A stretch of DNA of 64,000 nucleotides from Diadema antillarum. Its lineage: Eukaryota. The notes under the pieces are model-generated. The model was not told where the DNA came from. It ran no database searches and saw only the letters and a program-made list of their open reading frames with translations. The DNA lies in contig NW_027271305.1 in assembly GCF_040938485.1 (NCBI RefSeq), forward strand, positions 434,001-498,000. Reading direction: 5' to 3'. Positions 52,601 through 63,100 of this stretch are shown here, piece by piece. Position 1 is the stretch's first letter. The number at the start of each line of letters is the position of its first letter. Both the position numbers and the translations under genes were made by a program.

Positions 52601-55600
52601 GTTTGTGAATAGCGTAATAACTTGATAACTTTTATTGAGTTGTGAGTGTTTATTGGAAGTAAAAAAAACCCCACCAAACAATATGTGATGGCTGACAATA
52701 CATAGTTAAATGAGCTTAATCCCAAAATGATGATATTGTTTAACAATGATTCATCCCTTGAGGCATAAATACTGAGGGAAGTTGTGTCTTTGTTTGAAGG
52801 TGATGTTCATTGTTGGTTACAATGTACTGTACATTGTATATCTTCCTTTTTATCCAATTCAGTGCAAGTGCAAGTGCTGTTTTGATGGACGTGTGGGTCT
52901 TTCTAGGTACATTGTGAAATATGTTGACAGAATGAAAGTGTGCTGAAACTAATACAGTGCAGTTTTTAACTTCATTGTAAATTCAACCTGTGAAAACCTG
53001 CTGTTTGTACTACAGTAAATGAGTAAACATACCTACATTTTAGTCAGTATCTCATCATGAACAGTCATCAGGATGAAGCAATGAAAATAAGCTCTGTTGC
53101 AGTGATGAATTAAAATGTATTCTGAGTTCATTCTGATTCAATACGATCACTCACTTCAGCTAAAAGCTGTTCTTCAGTGAGTCTGTGATTAATGATGCAA
53201 AGGCGTGACGCTGCCATAGATACATGTATCCCTCCACCCCCCCCCCCCCCCCCCCCCCCCCAAAAAAAAATGAAAAGAAAAGAAGTGATCTGTTTTTTTA
53301 CCCTTTCAAGTCCACTAGCAATAAATTCTATCAACATTACACTATATGTCACTGGTTGTAGTAAAAAAGGGATGATAAGGAAGTAAAGAGAAAGTTCTTT
53401 CTGAGCTTACATGTGCCATGTCTGCAAAACATTGCCATTGCAGAGTATATTGTTGTTGTAGACTAGAGATAATGTGTGAAAGTATTTCCATTTGACAAGT
53501 CTTAACCTGAAATATCATCATTTTTGTCTAGTAGTGTAAGTTTGTTTAATTAACATTCTCTAATTCCTTGTTTATTCTTTGAAAATAGAATACTAATGTG
53601 TACTCAGCTAAAAGTGCATACATGTACATGTATTTAAAAGTTGATATCATGTTAACACAATTACAGTTGTAGGTAACAGTGTATTTGGTTGACCGTATGT
53701 CACAAGAGATCCACTAATATAGAGTCAGTCAAGTTGCAGAAGGCTGTTAACTCCACAAATCTCCCAGAAGTGACTTTCTGCATCTAAATCCATGATGTGT
53801 ACATCACTGCTACTGTTTAAAATAGGAGCTTTAGATTTTGACGCGCGGACGTTTGAGACGACAAGTGCGTTTGACGTTCTCCTCTCCCTGTGTCGTGTTG
53901 GAAAGTAGCTTTAGATTACGCTGGGACGTAACGTATAAAAAATAAAATCGCGCCCCCATATGATCAGTGCGTGAAGTAGCTCCCTACGTCACAAATTGTG
54001 CGGACGTAGAAATAGCCAAGAACGCGTAGTGAAAAACTTAGACGACGCAAGCTAAAAATAGATTGACTTGACGCGCGCTTCTGCGCATGCTCAGAACACG
54101 TTTTTTTCCCTCTGAACGTCCCCGTCGTGAAAATCTAAAGCTCCCTAATGAAAAATGTGTGAAGGAGGTGATTATCATACTGGTCAGTGTAAATTCACAC
54201 ACAGGGTTTAACCCATTGACATCAGCTGATTTTATTATAATATGCAATGCCTATAGATATTTGTCTGAGTACTCCAGTAGTATACTCAGGGAGGAGGCTT
54301 CAATGAGTTAAGTAGACCATGATCATTGCAGTCTGTAAGTATTGCAATGTGGTAAGATTCCCATTAGCTTGCCAGCTTCTGTTTTACTTGGCAGACAAAA
54401 TTTTGAAGATTTTGAGAGTTGGAGCTTCTTGACAAAAGGTCCTTTATTGCTGGGGGAAAAAAATTCTGAAAGTTGGAATTGTTTGATGATATCACTTCAT
54501 TCAAAAGCAGTTGTCTTTGCAAGTGCTTTTATTTTACTAAACATGACAAGAAAGACTTGCTATGAATTCTTTAATGTATTTTTGCACCCGTAGCTCCCAA
54601 TGGCTCCGTGGTGAGTTTCACTCGGAACGCGAATGAACACTATGCCTACATGAACATGATCCATATGGAGTGGGACACATGGCACAGGTACTGGAAGCCG
54701 ATTGGTTCTGTGGGTGACAGGTAGGCACACGTTTCATATCATTCTACCCTGAGGTGTCCTCATCCCTTTGAGTTTTTTTCACACAGTGTACTGGTAATTC
54801 AGGGATTGCTTGAAGGGATGATGATGATGATGATGATAATGGTGATGATGATGATGATGATGATGTGGCAGTATTCACCTGTTGTTTCATGTCGTAATCT
54901 TCTTCTTGTACTCCACTTTATATGTCTTTCTCTGTAGTACATTGTACAATTTTGTATGTGTTCCAGCACTTCATGGTTATTCTGTTTCATACCATAAATT
55001 TATCTTTAAAATGGCCGGCTTTGATTCTTGAGGTAATTTATATAATTTTTTTCCTATCGCTTTTATTTTCTTTTTTTGAGTGTGTATCAATTCTAAGAAG
55101 GTCAAAGAGAACACAGCTCAATATGGCAATAATAGGGTATATCACTGGATACTTCCCCCCTCCTGCTTTGCTTAGATTTAACTCATTCTGGACCAACTAT
55201 CCAAAGTACCATTGGGATTATACACAGCCTAATTGGTATTTGTCCTGAGAGAGTTAATGAACGAGTACAGCGTGGTTTGAGCTCATGCCTTACACCAGGC
55301 TTATGCTTGTTCCTCTTTCTATGACACTGCAACTGAGAGAAAATTAATTTCTCTTGTAAGGAATGCCAACCTGACGTTGATTTACATACTTCTTCCAGTA
55401 AGGTTCTGTGTATTTACTCACTTCACCTGCTTCGACTGGAGCAATGTGAAGTAAATATCTTGTATGGATACTTCTGAACATTATAAGCTTTCATGGCTTG
55501 ACTTCAGCTTACTGTCTATAAACTCCACGGGTGCAGAAACTCCATCACATTTTCATTCGCTGATATCGTTGCAGTGGTTGGTAATGATGCCCTTTGTTTC

Positions 55601-58600
55601 CAGGATAACGTTGCAGCATGTCCAGAATAGCTTTGAGACCAAGCCTCCACCGACCAGCCCAACGTCCAGCCTCAGCCCAAGGTCAGTGGACGATGCGGAG
55701 ACTGAGACCACGCACCATACCACCCCAAGAGAATCGGTGAGACTCCACTCCCTGAGGTGTTGCATGCATAATGTTATTATACTGTAAAGGCCAACATTTT
55801 GGTAGTGTTGAAATTTTCACACTTTCCATTCGACGTGAAACTGGCATGAAAATGAAACCTCCAGATTTCTTGACTTATTGTTATACTTTTAGTTTTTTTA
55901 GTTTTCATCATGATTGCTAGTCCTGTAGAGTGAGTGAATTTGCTTTCGTAATGCGGATTAGTGTACCTTTTACTATAACACGTGCAGCCAAACCCCTTAT
56001 TAACCCATTGAGGATGAGTCCTGAGTATGCTTGGGCAGCTATCTATGGGAAATGCATGTTGTGATGGAAAAATCAGCCCGTCCTCAACGGGTTAATTGCT
56101 GTGGCAGCAAAGAGCTGTTTGAAATGCATGCTCAGCTGTCATGATTGTCCGTGAATTAAAAACTGCAAAATTCATCTCACCAGTAGCAGTTTGTTGACAG
56201 CAATAGATGGAACTTCATTGAGAGGTCACGTAAAGAAAATTATGATGCAATGGGTTTTGTTTCTTCTTTCTGACCTACTTCTTTCTTTGAAACTTCTGTT
56301 TAGCTAATAACACAACTACTACAGGGATACATAAAGGTGCATAAAAAGTAAGACATAAAGGAAACAAACTGAATAATCATTAGAAATCAAGGGGGGTACC
56401 CAAAAGACAATATTCTATGGCAAATACAGGAGTTAATACCTCCATTTCATTCATCCAAAGATTTCTGTAACATCACAATACTCTATGCATGTGTGTGTAT
56501 ACGTTAACTCTGAATGATAGATGAGGTATTTAGCATTATTATTGAAGAGTGTTAAAAATAGCATTGCGTAATCCTTCACATCACAATGTATCTCTAACTG
56601 GTCAAGCATGGAACGAGAGAAGGGTCTCATCTTAAGAAAATTGTTTCAAAGCATGTGATGGAATTCTATTGATAAGCAATGTTTACAGAGTACCAAAGTG
56701 ACAGATGTATTATTGTAAGCATAAAAAATAATCTCTGTTCTTTGCATATTCAGCTGGAGAGCCTTCCCCAGTCCATCTCGATGCGATTCCGCGAGAAGCT
56801 GCGGCTCAGCCCGGAGAAGATCCTGCCCATAGAGGAGGAGAGGGTGTCACCGGAGCACAGGTTGCTAGGGAATGGATGCGAGGAGGAGGTCTCGGATGCC
56901 GCCGAGGAGGCACAGAAGAGCGATGGCAATGCGAAGAACATGGGGGATGAAGAGGACAAAGAGGAGGCAGAGAGGCAGAAGAATGTGACTGATGAGAGGC
57001 GGGATGAGGATGGAGAGAAGGAGAAAGAGGTAAAGGAAGAGGTGAAGGAAGAGGAGAGAGCAGAAGAGGAGACAACTGGTATCCATGATAACAATCAAGA
57101 GGATGAAGGCAAGGAGGCAAAAGAAGCAAAGCTGTCAAAGGAGGACATGGAGATGCCAGAAGGTTAGTACCATCAATTACCAGAATCTTGACTCTCACCA
57201 CGGCCGTAATCTGGCAGAACTGCGTATCTCCTTTAACCCATCACGCCAGAAATCGGCTTTGGAGTTTCAATGTTACACCTTTCTAAACTGGGATACGATG
57301 AGTTGCATTTTTCTTCTTTTCTTGGTCATATTTGGTCTAAAGAATTGATTTCCAGCCAAAAAATGACAATTTGACCTATTTAAGTAGTAATAATTAACAA
57401 TTTAAAAACTTACGCAGCCAGTTCTGCCAGATTAATCGTCGCCAAATTTTTGCGATCGTAATCTGGCAGAACTGCGTATCTCTGGTCACGTGCCCGGGTT
57501 GATCAGCCAGAACTGCGTAAGTCTTTGGCCATGCGGGGGGTTTTTCAGGCAGAACTGCGTATCTCTAGGAGATACGCAGTTCTGCCTGATGAGCATGTGT
57601 TTCATCAGGCAGAACTATGTATCTCTTTTCGTCGGTAACCACGTGCTTATCAGCCAGAACTGCGTATCTCCTAGAGATACGCAGTTCTGGCTGATAAACA
57701 CGTTTATCAGCCAGAACTACGTATCTCAGTCTATATCTTCTGCGGATTGTCTATCGGATTTTACCATCCATCCCCCTAGTGTCAAAACAATGAATATTTT
57801 AGATCGAGTACAATTTTTTGAAATATTTGTTCACTTTGTATAAAGTCATCATTATTCATTCACATTCAATTTCATTTTGTCCATTCGATCATTTGTATGT
57901 GGAAAATAACTTGTTTTCCCCAAATATTGTCCGTCTGTATTAATGTTTCAGTGTTATTTAGCGGCACGAGAAGTACCGCTACATCAAAAGCCTGGCTGCT
58001 ACTTGGGTCATTGTTGATCTCATGAAGCATTGCGTTTGGATTAAGAATAATATTAGACCAGATGTTAAGCTATTTGTTCATCAAGACTACAAGTACTGTA
58101 CTACATTATGTAGACCGTCTAGACCGTAGTCTATTCAGGCCCAACGATACACTAGAGACTATTAGAGCGGTATAGGGATCTGCATACGATACTGATCTCA
58201 TCACTCCTACTCTATGCCCAAAGTAAGAGTAGGCCTAGACCCTATTGGCTGAAGGTCTAAACTCTATGTAAACTAAAGAATACTAGGAGGGGCTAGGCCT
58301 GACTAAAAGTTTATTTACAGCTCTCGGTAGAAGTAGAAAATAGACCCTAGGACCCTAGGTCTTGTTTGTGCCGACTGTACTAGCCACTCCTACAGCACTA
58401 CTAGGGTTAGTATTCTACTCTCTACGTAGGCCTAAAACGAACTAGAACTCTCGAACTCTTTCTACTAGATTGTCTAGGTCTAGGCCTAGATCTAATATTA
58501 ATAAGTGTAACATCCAGACGTCTATATTGGGGCATCATTAACAGACTAGGTCTAAAATCAATGAAAATTAGTTTCTAGTCTAGACTCTAGATCTAGTTCT

Positions 58601-60175
58601 ATATCCAGGTAGGGGCTAAATCTCGAGCTAGACTGTCTATTGGGGATCTAGTATTAATGTTATAATAGATCTAACAACAACGTAAGGTCTAACCTGCCTA
58701 ATGACTCTGGGCCTACTAGGCCTAGTATTGATATATAGAAACTATATAGATCACAGATCTAGATCTTAGTTTCAGATCTATTTCTAGGGCTAATTGGTTA
58801 TAATTTAGCTTTTAACCTGTAGATTCTAGATTCTTTATATTACAGACTTAAATACTGTCTAGGCCTATGCCGAATTAAATGTAGAAAAATAGAAAACTGA
58901 GTAAAGACAGTGAAAACAATCGGCGATTCGGCCTAACGGTAGGCCTAGTAACAATGTGAGAACTCTACCGGGAGTAGCGGTACCAGTATAAAAAGTAAAC
59001 TTGTAAAAGTGTTAGTGTTGGCCAATTTCTGACGTCTTGAGGATTGGATTGAAAATTCCATCGTTATGGACGGTATCCTAGATATTCATTAAACTTCTCG
59101 AGATCAATCCCATAGATCCTAGACAACTAACCGCTTATTACAATGAAAAACAAAATGAGAAGCTATGGATTACAGATATTGTTGTTCGCGTGACCTACCG
59201 CACAGTACATTGATTTCACGTACACTAACAATGGGCAAGTGCTGCAGTACTAAGTAGAGTAGGGTCTAAGACCCTAATGTGTTAGGCCTAAAGTTGACTG
59301 GAGCGTGATGTCAGACAAGATGCAAACTATAACGTTTGTTAGATCTAGAAATGCTCTAGGCTTAAAAAACCCTAGCTTGTAACAAAACTTAATAGTAAGG
59401 CATACCGCATATTGACCTGTTTTGAAGCCTGCCAGTCTACGAAAGGAAAGAAAGTGGCAATTTCCCCCAAGAGTTGAGGGTCATTGCTTTTGGATCCATT
59501 GCTTTAGCGTGACTGTCGTCGTGTATACTCCGTGTCTAGCTAGCTAGGCGCCTAGGCTATAGGCACTGACTGCATGCTGCATGGTTAACTTCAAAACAAC
59601 GCGCAGTGCGTTCGTCACTACCAAGGCCGCGCACGCGCGTGTTAGGATATACCATGTCCGTGCGGGATGCAGAAACACCTTGGTCCAAGCGTTGTTGTAA
59701 GCCGACTTACACAGTTCTGCCTGATTAACATCAGAAAATTCATTTCGTATCTCGCCTTACGCAGTTCTGCCAGATTAATCGCCCTCTCTCCTTAGGAATT
59801 TTGCCAAAAGTACTTTCTAAAAATAACTTTCTGTACCGAATCACAACTTATTTTTTTGCCCACTTGAAAGAGCATGAGAAAAAACACACAAAACACTAAA
59901 AACCTGAAAATCGACCAAATCGACTTAGGGAGTTCTGCCAGATTACGGCCGACCATATAGTGCTTCTTGCCCCATTAAGGTGGTAATTCTCACTTGCAAA
60001 ACATCAAGAGATGTTTGCTGTAGCTCAGAGCTGCAGCGCATACATGTAGGTGTTATACAGTACTGTACATTATAGCATATGATTCTGCCTTTTGTCTAGG
60101 GCAGGCTGCTACCGTAATGCCGTAGACGAGTACAGCCAGCGACGTCCAGTTACTGTCTGCAAACAACAACGTGCA
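40317..60175 (+). CDS. Uncharacterised SDS22-like leucine-rich-repeat protein (N-terminal LRRs + LRRcap, helical middle, S/P-rich region, acidic region); partial, at least 825 aa
   Basis: Phase-consistent GT-AG exons: 40317-40386, 41125-41252, 41808-41964, 42383-42445, 42895-42956, 43582-43659, 44082-44209, 45239-45403, 47254-47359, 48044-48162, 48772-48952, 49479-49601, 49996-50422, 54594-54720, 55604-55736, 56754-57162, and tentatively 60105-60175. LRRs LQTLVLRGNDI, LWHLDLGNNQV, LGTLNLSLNNL, ILELSLHGNQ; LRRcap YRIHAIDCLPNVWMLDGRLITSAER. The start exon was not identified and no stop lies in the window. Confidence 0.85.
44971..45156. mobile_element. Tc1/mariner (pogo/Tigger-like) MITE, 186 bp
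   Basis: TA|CAGTGCACTCCCGTTATAAC ... GTTATAATGGGAGTCCACTG|TA: imperfect TIR beginning CAGT with a TA duplication. Confidence 0.8.
45458..45685. mobile_element. Degenerate TTAA-type MITE
   Basis: Left TTAAAGGTCCAGTTTACC versus right GGTAAATTATGCCTTTAT (imperfect inverted match). Confidence 0.5.
45706..45900. repeat. Tandem duplication, about 92-bp period
   Basis: ATATCCACTTTTACAGTAC..GTTATTCAAGTACCAATCAGTGAT occurs at 45741 and 45833. Confidence 0.85.
46077..46770. mobile_element. About 700-bp MITE with TGTGA..TCACA termini
   Basis: TGTGACCCTGCACCTCAAAACAAACA versus TGTTCGTTTTGAGGTGCACGATCACA; imperfect TIR of about 40-50 bp. No clear TSD. Confidence 0.7.
48608..48735. repeat. Degenerate (GAT)n tract in an LRR-gene intron
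   Basis: Direct reading. Similar tracts lie at 54818-54863 and flank the N run at 44691-44938. Confidence 0.85.
53823..54147. mobile_element. CpG-rich MITE with TAGG(G)AGCTTTAGATTTT termini
   Basis: Left TAGGAGCTTTAGATTTT and right AAAATCTAAAGCTCCCTA. It stands out as CpG-rich within a CpG-poor intron. Confidence 0.8.
56004..56091. mobile_element. 88-bp piggyBac-like MITE
   Basis: TTAA|CCCATTGAGGATGAG ... CCCGTCCTCAACGGG|TTAA: TTAA duplication with CCC/GGG ends. Confidence 0.75.
57201..59951. mobile_element. Unclassified 2.75-kb non-autonomous TIR element with subterminal hairpin arrays
   Basis: Perfect 21-bp TIR CGGCCGTAATCTGGCAGAACT, with ACCA on both flanks (57197-57200 and 59952-59955). 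Repeated CAGAACTGCGTATCTC motif in both orientations. No long ORF. Confidence 0.85.
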
Positions 60176-60177
60176 GT

Positions 60178-63100
60178 GAGCCACTTGTTTCTTGGTTTGG
60201 GATACCTCCTGTGGCCTTGATAGGGTGTAGACTAGGCTTGACCTTATTAGAGCTTCTTGTGAGTGATGTACCAGCTGGTCAAGCCCATGGGCTAGTGCCT
60301 TAAACTGCTGGTGAACAGAGCAATAAGATCAAGCACATGCTCTCTTCAGGGTTAGGCCTAGGTAAGCCACAAAGGTTTTCCTAAACCTAAACATCATCAC
60401 CTCAAGTGCCAAATAACAGTAACTTCAGGGTGGATGGAGCTCGACAGCCTTGGCAGGCAATCCATCTAGGACAAGGAAAGTCTGATGTAAAACCTACGAC
60501 CCGAGGACCTCGCTGTCACCGTCCCAGCTTGCTAGGCTATGTCAGATGAACCACGGGTGTAAAGGGTGGGAACAGTTTGCGCGCACCGTCTCTCACCTAA
60601 AAAAGCCTTTTGCGCAGGCCCTAGGGACAAATCCACGTCCCCCACTCCTACTATCCCAACTCTTCCAAGTCCTGTAGCGATGGGAAAGGTGCGAAAACGG
60701 TAGGTGAAAGATGTCACTGGGAGCCGCAGTCCCAATCCCACATACAGGCGGTTCAGGATATTGGTCGTCTGATAGTTGACCTGAAGATGACAACATCGTT
60801 CGGCAGCATCCTGGATGACCAAGCAGCCCTCTTTAGGGACAGCACTGCTTGCTCCACATGGAGACAGGCCTAGAAAAGGTGGCCTAAACAAAGCTCATCT
60901 TCATATCACCCAGTTGGCTAGCCGCGGCCAACGGGCATCTTCTCAAGCGGTAGAACAACTTCGAAGAGTAGTGGCTCCGCACCTGCCCCTAAAGGTGCAA
61001 CTAGACTCAATTTGGCATGCTGGAACATCAGAACCATGCTAGATACAGCGAAGAGCAACCGTCCTCAAAGACGCTCTGCCTTAATTGCGCATGAACTCTC
61101 CCGCCTGAACATTGACATTGCTGCCCTCAGCGAAGTCCGCTTCTCAGATACAGGCAGCCTGAAAGAGCACGGTGCAGGCTACACCCTCTTCTGGTCAGGC
61201 AAGCCGAAGAGAGAACGACGCCTCTCAGGTGTGGGCTTCATGATCAGGAACACCATAGTCTCAAAGCTGGAGAACTTCCCATCAGGTCACTCCGACCGCA
61301 TCATCTCCTTGCGGCTACCACTGAGAAGGAAGCAGTTTGTTACCCTTCTTAGTGTGTATGCTCCGACTCTTCAAGCAGAACCTGCGGAAAAAGACAGATT
61401 CTATACAGACCTGCGAAATTTAGTGCGGGACATCCCTGCAGATGACAAGATTGTTATCCTCGGCGACTTTAATGCCAGAGTGGGCCGAGATTCGGAAGCC
61501 TGGAAAGGTGTTCTTGGCAGACATGGAGTTGGGAACCGTAATGACAATGGACATCTCCTGTTGGAATTCTGCTCAGAGCTGCAGTTCGCAATCACCAACA
61601 CCACTTTCCAGCAGAAAGACAGCCTCAAGACAACCTGGATGCATCCCAGGTCCAAACATTGGCATCTCTTAGACTATGTCCTTGTGCGCCAACGTGACCT
61701 CAGAGATGTTGTGCAAACCAGAGTGATGCCCAGTGCAGAATGTCATACAGACCATCGCCTCGTACGATGCAAGCTCAGCCTTCACTTCAAGCCACAGCCA
61801 AAACGAGGAGGTCCGCCCAGGAAGAAAATCCAGATTGGTAGTCTGAAGTCAGCCGATGTGAGAGCCAACTTCCAGTCAAATCTTCAGTTGAAGTTAGAAG
61901 GTTCAGACCCTCCCACAGATCCCTGTCCTGAAACGCTTTGGGCACACCTGAAAACTGCCATTCTGCAGTCCTCTAAAGAAGTCTTAGGGTTCTCCACAAA
62001 GAAGAACAAAGACTGGTTTGACGAAAATGACAAAGAAATCCATCAACTACTGGAGAAGAAGAGGTCTGCCCATCAGGCCCACCTTGCACAACCATCATGC
62101 TCTGTAAAGAAAACTGCCTTCCGCTCTGCCTGCAGCAATCTCCAGCGCAAGCTGCGATTCATCCAGAATGAGTGGTGGACCAACCTCGCCTCGAAAGTTC
62201 AGCTTTGTGCCGACACCGGTGACTACGGGGGCTTCTACGAAGCTCTAAAGGCAGTCTACGGCCCCTCGCACCAAGTGGTCAGCCCCCTGCGCAGTTCAGA
62301 CGGCCAGGCACTACTCACTGACAAAACATCCATCTTGAATCGCTGGGCAGAACATTTCCAGACCCTCTTCAGCGCCGACCGCTCTGTCGACGAACCGACA
62401 ATTCAACAGATCCCACAGCAATCTGTGAAAGAAGAGCTAGACGAAGTTCCCACCCTCGAAGAGGTCATCAAGGCCACAAACCAGATGAAGTGTGGCAAGG
62501 CTGCAGGCATCAACGGCATCCCGCCAGAAATTTGGAAGCATGGAGGAGCTGCATTGCTTTCAAAACTTCATGAACTCTTCCTATGCTGCTGGGAACAGGG
62601 TAAGCTACCACAAGACCTCCGAGATGCTGTCATCATCACCCTCTACAAACACAAAGGTGAAAAGTCTGACTGTTCAAACTACCGAGGGATAACTCTCCTC
62701 GCCATCGCCGGCAAAATTCTAGCAAGAATCCTTCTCAACAGACTAGTACCTGCTGTGGCAGAACTCCACCTGCCAGAGAGCCAGTGCGGTTTCAGATCGA
62801 ACAGGGGTACTACTGACATGGTATTCGTGCTCAGGCAGCTCCAAGAAAAATGCCGTGAACAAAACAAGGGCCTATATGTCACCTTCGTAGACCTGACAAA
62901 GGCTTTCGATACTGTGAGCAGGAAAGGCCTTTGGCAGATCCTGGAGCGTCTTGGCTGTCCACCCAAGTTTCTTAACATGGTCATGCAGCTTCACGAAGAT
63001 CAGTGTGGCCAGGTCAGAAACAGAAATGAACTCTCGGAACCTTTCCCAATCACAAACGGTGTGAAGCAGGGCTGCGTCCTCGCACCAACTCTCTTCACTA

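Noticed and set aside
51563-52937. Two possible small extra LRR-gene exons (51563-51587 and 52907-52937)
   Set aside because: Together they end in phase 0, while exon 54594 needs phase 1. Direct joining of 50422 to 54594 is already in frame.
56750-57201. Ser/Leu/Pro-rich minus-strand ORFs
   Set aside because: They are antisense shadows of the GAG/GAA-rich acidic exon.
57201-57730. CRISPR-like repeat array; Chapaev assignment for the same element
   Set aside because: The repeats occur in both orientations with irregular spacing inside a eukaryotic TIR element, and there are no cas genes. A CAC start at 57199 would need a GTG right end, but the right flank reads GAC.
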